Part shown: positions 44,243-56,573 of the stretch, piece after piece
Position numbering within the stretch: position 1 is the first letter of the stretch
Layout of the letters: every line of letters begins with the position of its first letter
Origin: Cyanidioschyzon merolae
Taxonomy: Eukaryota
Direction: 5' to 3' (one strand)
NCBI GenBank assembly: GCA_000091205.1
Contig: AP006498.2
DNA: 64,000 nt
Notes under the pieces: generated by a model
Told to the model about the DNA's origin: nothing
Databases searched by the model: none
The model's input: the letters and a program-made list of their open reading frames with translations, nothing else
Made by a program: the position numbers and the translations under genes

Positions 44243-45190
44243 ATGACCGCGTTGTCCTTCTTCATGGAGACGCTGCGGTTAACCACGAAGGCTTTCAAGG
44301 TAGGAGCGCTGCTTGTACCGTCACGGAAGCATATTGCACACAGGAGTGACCTTTTTCGCCCGATTGGAGCGAAAGCTCGGTTTGCGACTCAGACGCACAG
44401 CGAAGCCGCCGGGGACTCTCCCGTCACCAAGGCTGCGTTCCTGGAGCGCTGCACTCTAGACCACGTGCCAACTCGAGGTTTCTCCCTGGAGGCACTGCAA
44501 GCAGCGGCCGAGGATGTCGGACTGTCGCCTGCATGGGTTGCTCGTTTCGATCGAGGCCCTGTGGAGCTCGTCGAATGGTGGCGTGAACACGAACTGCGAA
44601 CCGCGCGGGTCCTGCTCCTTGAAAAGGGTGACTGGCGGCTCGTCGATTCCACAGTAGCGGCGCTTGCTCGTGCTCCGTCAACACAGGTTCCGGAATATGC
44701 ATGGACGCGAGCCCGCCTGCTGTCCTTCCTTCAGACGATCTTTCGTCTCCGTGCGCCGTACAGGCGTTTCTGGCCACAGGCTCTCGCCTTGCAACTGCAA
44801 CCGAACAGCTGGAGTCAAGGGCTCGGGGTTCTCACGAAAGCCGTCGATGAGCTCGCCTGGTTCGCGGGCGATCGCTCTGCGGATATGCAATGGTACTGGC
44901 GGCGTGCTGCTGTTGCGTCGCTACTCCAGACAACGGAGCTTTACTGGATCGCTACCCTGCCAGACACAACGATGCTCGAACAAAATGCAACCTCAGACTC
45001 GTTTCAGGATTCGGAAACCTGGAATTTCGCGCAACGGCAGCTTGCTGATGACTCAGCTTTCATGACTGTCTGGTGGAGGCCAAACCAGAACCTTTCCAGT
45101 CGATCGCAGTCGGAGATTGTGGCGTTGCTTCGGATTTTAGGTCAAGGTGCGTCCGCTTGGGCTCGCGCCTGGTCAAAGGGATTCTCCTAG
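44243..45190 (+). CDS. COQ9: Ubiquinone biosynthesis protein COQ9 (ATG at 44243; the ORF is open upstream to 44105)
   Basis: The C-terminal block DMQWYWRRAAVASLLQTTELYWIATLPDTTMLEQNATSDSFQDSETWNFAQRQLADD matches the COQ9 domain (WYTRRAAL ... YTSTEL ... D.S.DF.DTW.FL.RR). Confidence 0.7.
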   Translation: MTALSFFMETLRLTTKAFKVGALLVPSRKHIAHRSDLFRPIGAKARFATQTHSEAAGDSPVTKAAFLERCTLDHVPTRGFSLEALQAAAEDVGLSPAWVARFDRGPVELVEWWREHELRTARVLLLEKGDWRLVDSTVAALARAPSTQVPEYAWTRARLLSFLQTIFRLRAPYRRFWPQALALQLQPNSWSQGLGVLTKAVDELAWFAGDRSADMQWYWRRAAVASLLQTTELYWIATLPDTTMLEQNATSDSFQDSETWNFAQRQLADDSAFMTVWWRPNQNLSSRSQSEIVALLRILGQGASAWARAWSKGFS

Positions 45191-45217
45191 GCGTCCACGC
45201 ACTTGGAATACGCACCG

Positions 45218-47656
45218 TCATTGGCCGCTCGCTTTGCGGCGGTGATGACGTTCACGCTCATGCCTCGTGTATGGCCGAGGAGTACGCGATTCGCGGCCGC
45301 TGATGTGCATATCCGCCGGCTGCGACGAGCCCGACGATGCTTGTTCGTTTGAACGCATCCGCTCGGTGGCAACGGGCTGCATTTCCGCCAGCGTTTCACT
45401 ACGACCGGATGATGGCGTCCCTGGTGCATGGTGCTGCTGGTGCTGCTGGTGCTGCTGGTGCTGCGTTGCAGCACCCGTTCGCGGTCGCAAATCAAGCGCA
45501 AGTCGCATAGCAGGCAGCGGATCTTGAGCTCCGCCCGCATGCGCGCTGCCGACGCTCTGTTCGGACATCTCCTTCCAATGCTTTGCGATCACCGTGCGAA
45601 TTTCGAGAAAACGATCCGGTACCAGACGCAGAATAGCACAGAGCTCCTTTTCGAGGGGGCTCAAACGTTTTGCGCTCGGCCAGTTATCGACGAACAGGAG
45701 ATTGGGTGTGGGCGACGAATCGCTGCTACCCGACAAGGGCGCTGCACCCCGAGGCTGGGGCGTTTGCTGTCGATGCACGATACTCGACCAGCTCGTAACC
45801 TCGGCAGCGGATTCACTCTGCAATACCCGCATCGCCAAAGCCTGGGTACCGGTTGTTAAAGTTGTCACAGTGGGCGTTCTGCGATCACTGGTCGAGAGGC
45901 CTGATCGATGCTCGGCGTTCGACAGCACAACTGCAGCTCCAGGCGCGGCCTCCTCGGTGCGAATCCGTACCGGTCGACCGCGACGTCTGCGGGGCGCCGC
46001 GCTCTCTGGCACGATCTGGAATGTGTTGCTCACCAGCGCACCTGTTGATTCAGCAGGACGAACCGGCGGCTCTGCCACGTCGACAGGGAATGGCGTTGTG
46101 TGCAACCGCTCCCGCAAAAGACGTTCGCGTTTCCAGTGCTCAAACTCGCTCAAGTCCCGGACGCCAGAGCGCAGCGCCTCCCAGATTTCTGTAACTTCGC
46201 GAGCAAGACACACCTCCGTGACCAAGCGTTGTGCGAACTCGTCGAACTGTAATCCTTGGCCAATGGTAAGGCGTACGAACGGCAAAAGAAGCCTGCCCAC
46301 CCGTCGTTCGAGAGGGGACTTTGCCCGCTCACGAGCACGTGCGGCTGGAAGATCCGTGAAACCGCGCTGCTCAACGACGGTCTTGCGTTTCGACCGCTCG
46401 TCCAACCAGAAAGAATAGATTTCTAAAATGCGCAGCTTAAGTTCTCTCTCCTCCGCCGTATCCTCATCAGTGATATACATGTCAGCAATGAGTAGCTCCG
46501 CGTCGTTCTGGAACGGCTCCACATCGTAATCCTGGCGTTTCGGCATATAGCCCGCTATATCACCTTTTCTCGGGCGACCCGGCGGAGAAATCCGTACCTC
46601 TGGTGTATCGTCCGACAAGCCCTGCGGCCAACTGGCATCGCACGTCACTGTTTCCGGAGAGTCACCCGAAGTTGGCCCTTTCACCATGCCCTGACTGCCG
46701 TCTTGTGACCTGGCATCGTTCGACGCTTTCGGTGTCTGAATTCCATCGCTTTGTGAAGTAGCAGGTGACGACAGCGACGCCGCCGCATGGTCCAATTCGC
46801 CAGTGGCAACGCTGGCTTCTGGAAAACGCGACGCTTTCGAGGTTCTCGAGTTGTCCGCAGCAGTTGTTTTCGCATCACCAGTGACCGGATACGCGTGTAT
46901 TAGGCGAGCCAGCGCTGGGTTCAGGCTGGCTGCCGCAGCAGCAGTGAGCGCAAGCTCCCGCGCGACCGCAGCAGACCGTGCAGTGCCAGGCGGCAGTGAT
47001 GGATGCGGTGCTCGCGTCTCCGAGAGAATCCGCTCTGGATTCGGCAGCGGGGCGGTATCGACCGCGTCCAAGTATACTTCCAAATAATGTTGCTCGCACT
47101 TGATTTTCGACTTGGTTCCAACGTATTCTGCCGCGAGCTGGAAGTTACCGGGGCCATACATCTCGAGACCCTCCAGCAACCGCAGCTCCTCTTCCGCGCT
47201 CCACTCCGTTGAGAACACCGGTCTACTCACGTACTCAACGACACGATACGGATGAGACGCCTCGTGGGGATATACGCTCGCTCCTACCGAGAAGCAGCTG
47301 ATACAGAGATCAAAGTCCGGACACACTGCACATGTGATGCGCGTGCAGTTTGAGATGTCACGTGAACAGTAGTTACAACGGTAACGTGCGCCAAACACTC
47401 GAGGCGCTAGGGAAGGATGCCGCGTGGACACCGCCTCTTGCAGTGGCGAGGACGCCAGAGCTACCACATCGCCAGCCAAGTTTGCGCTTTCTGCCGACCG
47501 CTTCTGTTTCTGAGTCGGAGAGCTCGGACCCCGCAGGTGTTGATTTACAGCTCGCCGCTCAGGCGCTGCGCAGTCATCGCCATTGTTAGCAATATTTTCA
47601 GGCTCGGCTGTGCCAACTCTACTCCGCCGTCGCTTTAGCGGTCGTTCTGAAGGCAT
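45218..47656 (-). CDS. ADA2: Transcriptional adaptor ADA2 (ZZ finger + SANT + C-terminal SWIRM), with a (Q-Q-H)n coding repeat
   Basis: YRCNYCSRDISNCTRITCAVCPDFDLCISCFSVGASVYPHEASHPYRV is the ZZ finger. WSAEEELRLLEGLEMYGPGNFQLAAEYVGTKSKIKCEQHYLEVY is the SANT domain. RLSPLEKELCAILRLVPDRFLEIRTVIAKHW is SWIRM-like. The GCTGCTGGT repeat at 45428-45470 encodes QQHQQHQQHQQH. Confidence 0.8.
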   Translation of the reverse strand: MPSERPLKRRRSRVGTAEPENIANNGDDCAAPERRAVNQHLRGPSSPTQKQKRSAESANLAGDVVALASSPLQEAVSTRHPSLAPRVFGARYRCNYCSRDISNCTRITCAVCPDFDLCISCFSVGASVYPHEASHPYRVVEYVSRPVFSTEWSAEEELRLLEGLEMYGPGNFQLAAEYVGTKSKIKCEQHYLEVYLDAVDTAPLPNPERILSETRAPHPSLPPGTARSAAVARELALTAAAAASLNPALARLIHAYPVTGDAKTTAADNSRTSKASRFPEASVATGELDHAAASLSSPATSQSDGIQTPKASNDARSQDGSQGMVKGPTSGDSPETVTCDASWPQGLSDDTPEVRISPPGRPRKGDIAGYMPKRQDYDVEPFQNDAELLIADMYITDEDTAEERELKLRILEIYSFWLDERSKRKTVVEQRGFTDLPAARARERAKSPLERRVGRLLLPFVRLTIGQGLQFDEFAQRLVTEVCLAREVTEIWEALRSGVRDLSEFEHWKRERLLRERLHTTPFPVDVAEPPVRPAESTGALVSNTFQIVPESAAPRRRRGRPVRIRTEEAAPGAAVVLSNAEHRSGLSTSDRRTPTVTTLTTGTQALAMRVLQSESAAEVTSWSSIVHRQQTPQPRGAAPLSGSSDSSPTPNLLFVDNWPSAKRLSPLEKELCAILRLVPDRFLEIRTVIAKHWKEMSEQSVGSAHAGGAQDPLPAMRLALDLRPRTGAATQHQQHQQHQQHHAPGTPSSGRSETLAEMQPVATERMRSNEQASSGSSQPADMHISGRESRTPRPYTRHERERHHRRKASGQ

Positions 47657-47673
47657 ATGCTACCATACAACAC

Positions 47674-47712
47674 AACGAACGAACGAACGAACGAAGGAAG
47701 GAAGGAAGGATT
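47674..47712. repeat. (AACG)4-5(AAGG)4 compound microsatellite
   Basis: acaacgaacgaacgaacgaacgaaggaaggaaggaagga read directly, just beyond the ADA2 start. Confidence 0.85.
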
Positions 47713-50401
47713 GCTTAGCAACTGCGGCACGACGTGCGCCCTTGGCGCGTGCTCGGAACAGCGCGTCTGGAAGAGAACTGCACAAATGTGGACGTTGAAT
47801 GGATCGCGCGCTGCAGCGACGAAATCTTTGGCGATGCTGGCGAGTCGCTTTCCGTGCCTGGCGAAGGATCGATGCATAGAAACGGGTATACCTGATGTGC
47901 GAAATGTTCCGGGGGATCGGTGCACAGAAACGAATGCACATGGAAGCCGTTTCCTGTTGCTGGTGCGGGATCCAGGGATATAAACCGATATACCTGGATG
48001 TGCGGGATGCTATCGCTCTGCATCAGTGAGAATCCAGCACCACACGGACGCCCTTGCGTTCGATACGTGCCAGTTCGGGATCTCCCCGGCGAATCGAGGT
48101 TGCATCATTCTTGTGCCTTGAGCGGTGCTGATGCTGCCGCTCTCCTTCTTTGGAGCACCAAACCCGCTATCACTTGCGCTGTGTGAATACGGGGCAGTTT
48201 CACCGCAAGCGCACCCTCGGGGGGTGTCCGTGCGAGGCCCCGCGTGCAGCGTGCGTACGCTGCGAAGTGGATCACGGGGGCACAGCCACGGCAAGAGCAC
48301 TCAAGCGTGAGCGGTTGGTTACTGTCGATGGTGCTAGCACCAGAACGAAACGAGAATTTTTGTCATGCACGACTGTCGAGTCCATGGAAATCACAATCGG
48401 CAAGAGATGAGGTCACTGGTATAGCGTGATGTATTCGCAGCCTGGCAAGAAACGCAAGCAAACTAAAGGAACTGCTTCACGCCTTCGTATCATTAATAAC
48501 TGGAAGACCAGCTTCGAACCCTGGATACTGTGGCTAACATCATAGCAGCTTTCGGCTTGAGACGCATGCGCGGAAGCAAGCTTTTCAACGATCAAGAGTG
48601 TGTTCGCGGAGTTTTCCCTGGAAGAACACTGGATGCACCGCAAATGTCCAGCGTGGACTGCGCTGTCACTCGATCCGCTGTCGTCTGATCCACCCGGTTG
48701 TCGGTGTCAGAGCGGCATCGCTTTCGTGATAACGCTGTGCAGCACATACAATGCCTCCAGTGCGCATATTGTCCAACGACACCGGTATAGCGCATTCGTG
48801 ATGCTGTGTGGCATCCTTGGAACCCGGTTCTGGTAGGGGCCTGGACCTTGGCACCAAGATAGCTACCCGCCCACCTTGCTCTCTCGATACCACGCTGAGC
48901 TACACAAGAGCGTCGTTCAAGGTTTGCACTCGCAAAGAGCGCCAGTGACTCGAGCAGGCCAGACCCACAGACTGCCGGTTTCCAAGCTCGCGTCGCATAT
49001 ATCGCTGAAGATGCGTCAAGGCTCGGTTGCACTGGTGAATACTCGGCCGCCGAGAGCCGCATACACCCAGGCGGCCGGATGCCGGATGACGGATGCCTCG
49101 AACTCGCCGGTCGCGGCTCCGTCAGGGCACATCTGTGAAGCGGAAACCCGTCTGCCGCATTCCAACCCTGTGCGCTGTACGCTCAGTTTAACCCCTGCGC
49201 TTGCAATATGAACCCGCCAAATAGCGGATTCGAGTTCAGGCACGTCGCTTCATATCGTGATGTATCGACGCCCGAGAATCAGCTGTTTGTAGCGCGCTCT
49301 CCATGGAGCATCGCACCGACGCGGTGCATGAACCACTGGAACCAGTTGTTCTCGTAGAGACGCACTCCAGGGTTGGCCCTGCTCAGACGCCAGGTATGGG
49401 CGCTGCATCCGAGGCCGAACATTGGCGTGCGAGTATCGCGTTTGGCCGCTAGCAACCCGTCCGGCATTCCGGGCAGTCCGAGCAAAAAAAAGTTCGAATT
49501 GTCGCGGATCACGAAAGCACTGACACGAGCTACTCGTTAGGACGCAAGCACCAGCAGTCACTGCGTATCAGTTGAGACACGCAACCGGTCATTAGGTGAG
49601 AAGGCAACCGGGTCCAACCTCCATCGGAGCGTGCATCCTCGTTCGCATGTCGAAAGCGTCGCGTTCGAGATGCCACAGCCTCATCGGTCAGAGCATTCAC
49701 GAAGCGTGCATGCACCCGCGAACTTGCGCTGCCGCCTGCGAATGCGCTGTCCAACGCTGCGAAACTGGGGCAGCAGCGACGCCGCGCGCCTTGCGTCAGC
49801 GGCAGCGCTGGGGTCGCTCGGATCCGAGATTCTGCCACTTGGCGGGATGTCACAAACTCGGCGTGACATTCCAAGGGGACAGCACCACCCCGTTTCAACG
49901 GCGTTGCATGCGACCCGTTGATGTCGCGTCCACTGCCGTCGGAATCCCTGTTTGGATGTCTCTTGTGGTCGCAGCGAGTGCATAGTCAGCTCGGGCGCAC
50001 CCCGTAAACCCCAGGTCGAAACGCGTTACATCTGCACACCAGGATGTGCGTCGTATCCTTCGCTGGGCGCGCACACACGGGCCGCACGGGGATGGATGCA
50101 ATGTACGTCTCACGTGCGCTGCACGCATGTGCCGGCGCGAACTGTGCCCCGGTGCTTGGCGCCAAATGGGGTCATGTTTTCCATCCGACGCGATCCATGC
50201 GTTCGAGGGCGCGCAGCAACTGGAGCACGCGTCTCCTGCGCAATTGATCCGTTTCGGCGCGCTCAATGTCCCTGTGGAGAACTAAACACAGCTTGTTTGT
50301 AGAGTTGATTCCAACTTCGTGTGGATATAGCTAGAAAGAAGTAGTTTAACGGTTTTTATTCGATAGTAGTTTGTGGAACCTACGGTCGAACGGCCTCCGG
50401 G

Positions 50402-51367
50402 ATGTCTTGGCACGTTCCCTGTGAACCGTACCGACGGGAACCCAGCTCACGCTCTGTTCGGGTATACCCCATTCAAAAAAACTGCCCTGCAGTGCAGAAC
50501 GTGCAGCGCTGGACGTGTTGGGGTGGCTGGTGGCTACCGACGTCGTTCGCGGGTCCGACGAGTCTGCAACCGCTCTGGGAGCCGTGCCTTGCATATCCGC
50601 TGTCGTGGCGGGGGAGTTTCGCAGTTGCTTGTGGAGCACCGAGCCAGCTCCAGAGCCGAGTTCGTTTGCCGCCGCTGTCCGCATACTTTCCCCCGCACCC
50701 TGATAGGTATATCCCTGATAATACGATTGCGCTCGATCACCAGGAATGCACGACGGACGAGCCGGATGTGCAGTCCGCAACCAGCACCGACACTGTGGTT
50801 CCGCTGGAAACCCTCGAATGGCCACAGACAACCGCTTCGACAGCGGCAACGACGACGGTTACAAAGTCGCCGTTGTGCATCCCAGGGCGGGATGCTACCG
50901 CGGACGACAGCCGCAGCGATGCACATTGCGTTCGTGGACACGACGCGCGCTCTGACGGCCGTCAGTGCTACCACTGTGGTGTTTCCAAGTCACCGAACTG
51001 GTATTTAATGGAGAACGATCGTACGCGAAGGTTGTGCAATGCCTGCGGCAAGTACTGGAAACGCACCGGGGCTCAGAGGCCAGCGCATCTGGTTCAGTGC
51101 AGTCAGCGGATCCCGCGGCGACGTGGGCGTGCACCGACCAGCGTTCGCGAGCGTCAAATTCGGGGCGCTCTGGGAAGTGCCCCGCGAAAACTGCAGGCGA
51201 TGCCGTTCGTGGGATCGCCCCTGACACCGCCATCGACGAGTGAAGGCGATGCCCCGAACGCGCTATCGAAGGTATCCCAGAACACGCACGCAGCACGGCC
51301 TTTGCTTCCGAGTTTTGAGCGCGCTGCAGACCCGTCTAGCCGCGGTGCGAATGATGGTGAAATGTAG
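50402..51367 (+). CDS. GATA-type zinc-finger protein (single finger), otherwise low complexity
   Basis: CYHCGVSKSPNWYLMENDRTRRLCNACGKYWKRTG matches the GATA finger consensus C-x2-C-x17/18-C-x2-C with W and LCNACG. Confidence 0.55.
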   Translation: MSWHVPCEPYRREPSSRSVRVYPIQKNCPAVQNVQRWTCWGGWWLPTSFAGPTSLQPLWEPCLAYPLSWRGSFAVACGAPSQLQSRVRLPPLSAYFPPHPDRYIPDNTIALDHQECTTDEPDVQSATSTDTVVPLETLEWPQTTASTAATTTVTKSPLCIPGRDATADDSRSDAHCVRGHDARSDGRQCYHCGVSKSPNWYLMENDRTRRLCNACGKYWKRTGAQRPAHLVQCSQRIPRRRGRAPTSVRERQIRGALGSAPRKLQAMPFVGSPLTPPSTSEGDAPNALSKVSQNTHAARPLLPSFERAADPSSRGANDGEM

Positions 51368-52847
51368 CAACCGGGGCCTCGCATCGAACGTATCCGGGAG
51401 CGGGGCGGGGGGCCCATCCTCGACATTACCGATGGCAGCGGCCGTCGCCGCGTTTTTTTCGGGGGCGTCACGGATCGCGGGGCGCGATCGTCTTTCCCGC
51501 GGATGCGCCCGGCTGCTCGGCTGCGTCGACAGAGCGCATGCCAGCGTCTCTGTCCTACAAGGAACTGTCCACGGATTTTCAAGGGGAAATGCCAGAAAGG
51601 ATCAGCCCAGCGTGGCAGCGTCCAACAAGATGTCTGCTACTCGCCATCGACTGCTCACTGAAATCTAGCGCGCGTCGTGTGATCAGCAAGTGCGTCATGC
51701 TGCTTGACCACGGGTCAACTTGGATTGCGAATGCGCACTGCTAGCATTGGCGTATGTTTCTTTCAAACGAGCACTGGTCTGGCTGGATGCACCAGCACAG
51801 TCACAATGGGTAATGCGGGGCTCAGCCCTAGCATCCGAAATCTGTATCTGGTCCTTGTCAACGCTTCGGGCTCTTGCGGTGCGTCGCTTGTCCGTAACGC
51901 GTTTATCGTGGATCTGAGCCACCTCGCACGCGATTCGCCCCCGGCACGCAGCGCTCATCGGATGTGTAGCGGCAGCACGCATGCGTCGTGTTCCCGCGAA
52001 TCGCCATTCGAGCGGTGCCCAACAGCGCCGCTATTGAGCCTCGACGCGTGTGTGAGCCTGCGCGCTGCATCCATCACCGCACAGCGGTAAGTCATGCTGC
52101 CTATTCCCGTCGATGGAAAATTTGACAGAGAGTGATCTAGAGTTTGCGTCGGAGAAACTGCCTGCGCCAAGCGCTGGTTCTGAGTGCATCCCTAAATGAC
52201 TGAAGGTATTCTCTGGAGCACGCAATGGATATTTGGCGGCACCGAAGGACGCTGGGATCGATTTTTCAGTGCACCATTGTCGTCGCCATCTTTCAGTCAC
52301 GTGGATTCATCGCAGCCGGCTGGCGCTTACCATACTTTATTTCATAGCATGCGAGCGATGCATCGAACCAGATTCCTCCGGATGCACGGTTGCGATTCGT
52401 AACCGGGGAAGCATCGCCAGCTCCTTCACAGACGCTGCTGCTTTCTATCAATCCCGAGACCAGTTTTCCTCTCAGAAACCGAAGCATAATGCATCCGGTG
52501 ACCTCGATGATACCACGCCTCCAGCGAACGACTGTCGACGACAGCACGGCTGCGGTGCATGCCTGCGAGGATCGCGGCCCCGGGTCGCGGATGTGCACAC
52601 ACGACCTCGACGTGCGCAGCGCCACGGCCGGGAATCGATCCGCGCGCCCGCTGTGCTCGCTGCCTGCGGGCGCCTGTGCAGCCGCGTGCGCCGGTAGAGG
52701 CACCGGCGCGGGTGCCTCTCCAGGCACAGCTCGTCATTGTATCGGCCTTATTGCGGGCATTGGTAGCACCGGGAACGCTCTCCTGCTTCAGCGGCTGCCT
52801 TTGAAGCACTGGGACTCGGCTGCTGGCGCTGACGACGGCCGCGGCTT

Positions 52848-54008
52848 GTGGCGACACCTGTTTCCGCAGAAGCTACAGAAACGGTGTTCGGAGAGCAGCA
52901 CACTCGTATCGACCAGAAGCCTGCGACGTATAGTGCGAAACGCTTCTCGGAACCGTTGCTCATGTTCTCGTCCGGCCGGGCTGCACGCTTTGGCGAAGCT
53001 CCGGCAGGTGCCACCTCGGTGTACGCTTTGGACTTTGATGGAGTCCTCTGCGACTCCGTAGAAGAGCTCAGTCGGTGCGCTTACTACGCTGCGCTGGTGG
53101 CGTTCCCCGCTCAGCTCGAGGCGCCGCGCTGGACCGGACACGATAGCTCTCGGAGCGCGAGCTTCACGGAACGAGGCGAATCCCCGGGAAAGATCGCTAC
53201 AAACCCCGGGCTCGGAGCAGAGGACCCTTCGCCGGCAGCGGCAGCAGCTGAAACAGCGCGGATACCAACAATTTCAGAAAACATCTGGCAGGCCGTCCCG
53301 CCTGCTTGGTTGTTAGATAAAATGCGGAAACTCCGTCCATACATAGAGACTGGCTACGAGAGCATTCTTCTGGTACGGATGCTGATTGAGGAGCGGCTCG
53401 TATCTGAGCGAGCAGAGCGACGCCCTCGTCCGCTGACAGTCGGTGAGATCGCCGCCAACTGGAAGTCTGTACTGCACGACCGGCTCTTACGGGACTGGAA
53501 CATTCAACCCAGTTTCTTAATTGAACTTTTTGGCACTATCCGGGATGCGTGGATCGCTCGAGACAAGTCAACGTGGCTCTCGATGAACCCTATTTACCCA
53601 GGTGTGGCGGACGCGCTGAACATGAGCCAGCAGCCGGTCTATATCGTTACCACCAAACAAGAGCGCTTTGTCAAGCTGATTCTCGAGCATGCCGGTATTC
53701 GTCCAGGCCGTATCCCGCCGGCAAACGTGTATGGCATGGACCGAAAGATGACCAAAATCGCAACAATTAAAGAGATCCTGCGAAAAGAGGAAGAACGGAG
53801 CCAAGATAGCCAACGAAAGGTAGTTGTACACCTCGTAGAGGACCGTCTCGAGACGCTGGAGGCAGCGACGATATCCCTGTTAGGCGCACCCGTCACCTAT
53901 CATCTGGCAACCTGGGGCTACAACGATCCAGCACAACGCGCTCGGGCTGAGAAACACCCGTTCATCGACTTGCTCGATTTACCATCCTTCACCATGAAGA
54001 TGCACTAG
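52848..54008 (+). CDS. HAD-superfamily hydrolase-like protein
   Basis: VYALDFDGVLCDS is HAD motif I (DxDGxL). Downstream YIVTTKQERFV ... VVHLVEDRLETL is compatible with HAD motifs II and IV. Subfamily not assignable. Confidence 0.5.
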   Translation: MATPVSAEATETVFGEQHTRIDQKPATYSAKRFSEPLLMFSSGRAARFGEAPAGATSVYALDFDGVLCDSVEELSRCAYYAALVAFPAQLEAPRWTGHDSSRSASFTERGESPGKIATNPGLGAEDPSPAAAAAETARIPTISENIWQAVPPAWLLDKMRKLRPYIETGYESILLVRMLIEERLVSERAERRPRPLTVGEIAANWKSVLHDRLLRDWNIQPSFLIELFGTIRDAWIARDKSTWLSMNPIYPGVADALNMSQQPVYIVTTKQERFVKLILEHAGIRPGRIPPANVYGMDRKMTKIATIKEILRKEEERSQDSQRKVVVHLVEDRLETLEAATISLLGAPVTYHLATWGYNDPAQRARAEKHPFIDLLDLPSFTMKMH

Positions 54009-54945
54009 GCACCACATTCGACTGCTTAGGTAAACAGGTTGAATGCCGCGAGCAGCGTGGCTTGTGGGCGCCTTTCGACGTACTTGAGCGAGCGTCGCAG
54101 GGGATCTCGATGCGACGCCTTGTTCAGTCTGCTGGACATCTGCGAGATACCGTGTCCGAGCAGTGCACCGGGCAGCATTGTCAACGGCGATGATGCTAAT
54201 CATCGTGACGCTGGTATACTGATTCATGTTGAATGATGGAATTACAATTTTGCGCACCAATCCCCAAGGGAAGCCGTTCCCGATGTACATGTAGGACACG
54301 CCAGCCGTTCCGGCATTGCTGGACCGTACCGTGCCAGTGCGCGGTCACGGGCGGGAATATGCGGTCGCGGCCTCGCTGCTGTCCACTGATTTCCTTGCTT
54401 CGGAAGTGGGCAGCGTTCCGGCACCATGCTCACAACGAGTGCTGAAGGATTTGCTCGAGACTTCGCTTGATATAAAGGCACCCGATGCCACAGGAGCACG
54501 ACTTAGATATGGATGCTTCTCGGGAGGTTCAAGTCGCAGTGCAGCATGTGCTTGCGCGCATTCTATCTGGTGAATGCACACCACAGCAAGCCTCTGATCT
54601 TCAATTGCATTGAAAGCTGACGTTCGATCCGCCTACGGTTCTCTACCTGGTGCATCCAGCTCTGCATCAAGCTCAACTTTTGTACCTGATTCAGCGCACA
54701 ACCGTGCTCGTGAAGCGTGCATGTCGTTCTCAACTCGTCGATGGGAATCGTACAGCGTCGACTCGTGCACTCGTTATACGCTCTCGTCGAAGGATGACGA
54801 GTGTAGCCTTTGCGCGCTGCAGCCTGTCCAGCACCATAGCTAACACCAAATGACGAAACGCATCGGCCGTTTCATTTTCCATCTCATTGAACAGGTACGG
54901 GAATGCACGCCTCGAGCCTGCATAGCACCGTAAGCATTAGTGGCC

Positions 54946-55401
54946 TCAGCGTGGTCTCATGTGCTCCCGACAAAGCTTTTCCGCATAAGCGCTTTGGATG
55001 CTCATACACGCACCGAATGAAACGTACGAATCATTGTCCTCTGCTCCATACATGACTGAGAGCGTCGAGATCGGGGTTCTGGTAACGTCGTCATTCCAGT
55101 TGATGATATACCTCGTCGTGATCATTGTGCTCGACTCACGAACATACCGAGCCAGGGAAAAGCTCATCAGATTCATCTGCTTTCCGTTCAGGCCTTTGGC
55201 CGCGTGCTCTTGACTTGGAGGTACGGCGACGTCTATGACGCCCTGGTACCACGAATTCATGCCCGGAATCAAGTCTTTCATTTCAGTTGCTTTTGGACAG
55301 TTGAAAATGCATCTCGTGGTTCGACTCGCTTCTTGGCTATACAATGTGCATTCAGATTGACATTTAGTCGTTCTCCATGGTCTCTGTATACCTCTTGTCA
55401 T
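54946..55401 (-). CDS. Hypothetical 151-aa protein in a lower-GC patch
   Basis: ORF only, no motif. Confidence 0.15.
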   Translation of the reverse strand: MTRGIQRPWRTTKCQSECTLYSQEASRTTRCIFNCPKATEMKDLIPGMNSWYQGVIDVAVPPSQEHAAKGLNGKQMNLMSFSLARYVRESSTMITTRYIINWNDDVTRTPISTLSVMYGAEDNDSYVSFGACMSIQSAYAEKLCREHMRPR

Positions 55402-56573
55402 GTCCTCCCCGTAAACGCGAATCCTTGACCGAGCTGCACCTGTGCCCTCCGCAAACTTTGATCAAATGCTTCATTGCTGTTGGAGGACATCGGCTCCTTT
55501 TCCCCATCTCCAATACCTGGTGGAGTCGCATAGATTTGGTCGCTATGCTGTATATTCGTTTTTGTCCTAGAGGTTCAGATGCACTGGGTAGACGGAAAGT
55601 GTGATCCACTGAGACGAATACTCATCTCGAATGTTCCCTGCGTTCGCAGTACACGACGACATCGACACTGTGCTGTTCATCGCGGAACAGGATCCGAATA
55701 AAGACTCGCAGTTTTCAGAGTCCCTTCATGCCTCCTGATCACCATTCGTACCAACGTTACGAAGACTTCACAAATCCTATCAATCTTTCGGCAGGATCGC
55801 ATGGTGAATGCAACGGGTGGAATCGATTGACCAGGGCCGAGTCATACCGAAAGAGCTTGATCAGTGCTTGTTTTCGGCGCATGACGTTCAGCGAAAGGAC
55901 CAGGAGGAGTGCGATTCGTCTACCACCTGCTGACCGAACTATGACTGACTTGTCGAAACAATGCCGTTTTTAGCGAACGAAAATTCACCGCATAAAGTCC
56001 TTCTGCGACCTTTCTCCCATTTACAGGATTTGTACCTCTAGTTGACTACTTTCGAGGAAAAAGAACGGAAACAATGAGGACGTGCTGCTACTGGTCCTCC
56101 GGGTTTCACCGATGATCATCGCGATGACTATGGTCAGTGAACCCCAGAGCTAGGCGCGGCATCGCTCCGTGATCATGCTCCGCCCTTCTATGAAACGCAG
56201 ATGCCAGTAGGTTTCGCGTCAACAGCATCAGAGTGCACAAGTCGCAAAGTGCTCCCGTTTCACTGCTTCACGCGACACGAAGCGGGTCCAGTGCGTGCTA
56301 CCCTAGCAAGTACTCGTGTTCTGCGAAACTCGAAACGCGTATCGGCGCTTTATCACCGAGACAAATCTTGAAAACAAGTACAGTGCTGTTATGTCGATCT
56401 CGTGCTCCCAGCGATAGCATCTTTGGAGCGATTTCGCGAAACAGTCACGTCGAGGAACTCGTATCCCCGACACTAGCGAAATACCCAGCGGAGCTTGCAT
56501 CTCGTTGGAAGCAGTGCACGGCAACTCCCCGCATGAGATGTCGAGATGAATGCATTGCGCACCATGAGATCGC

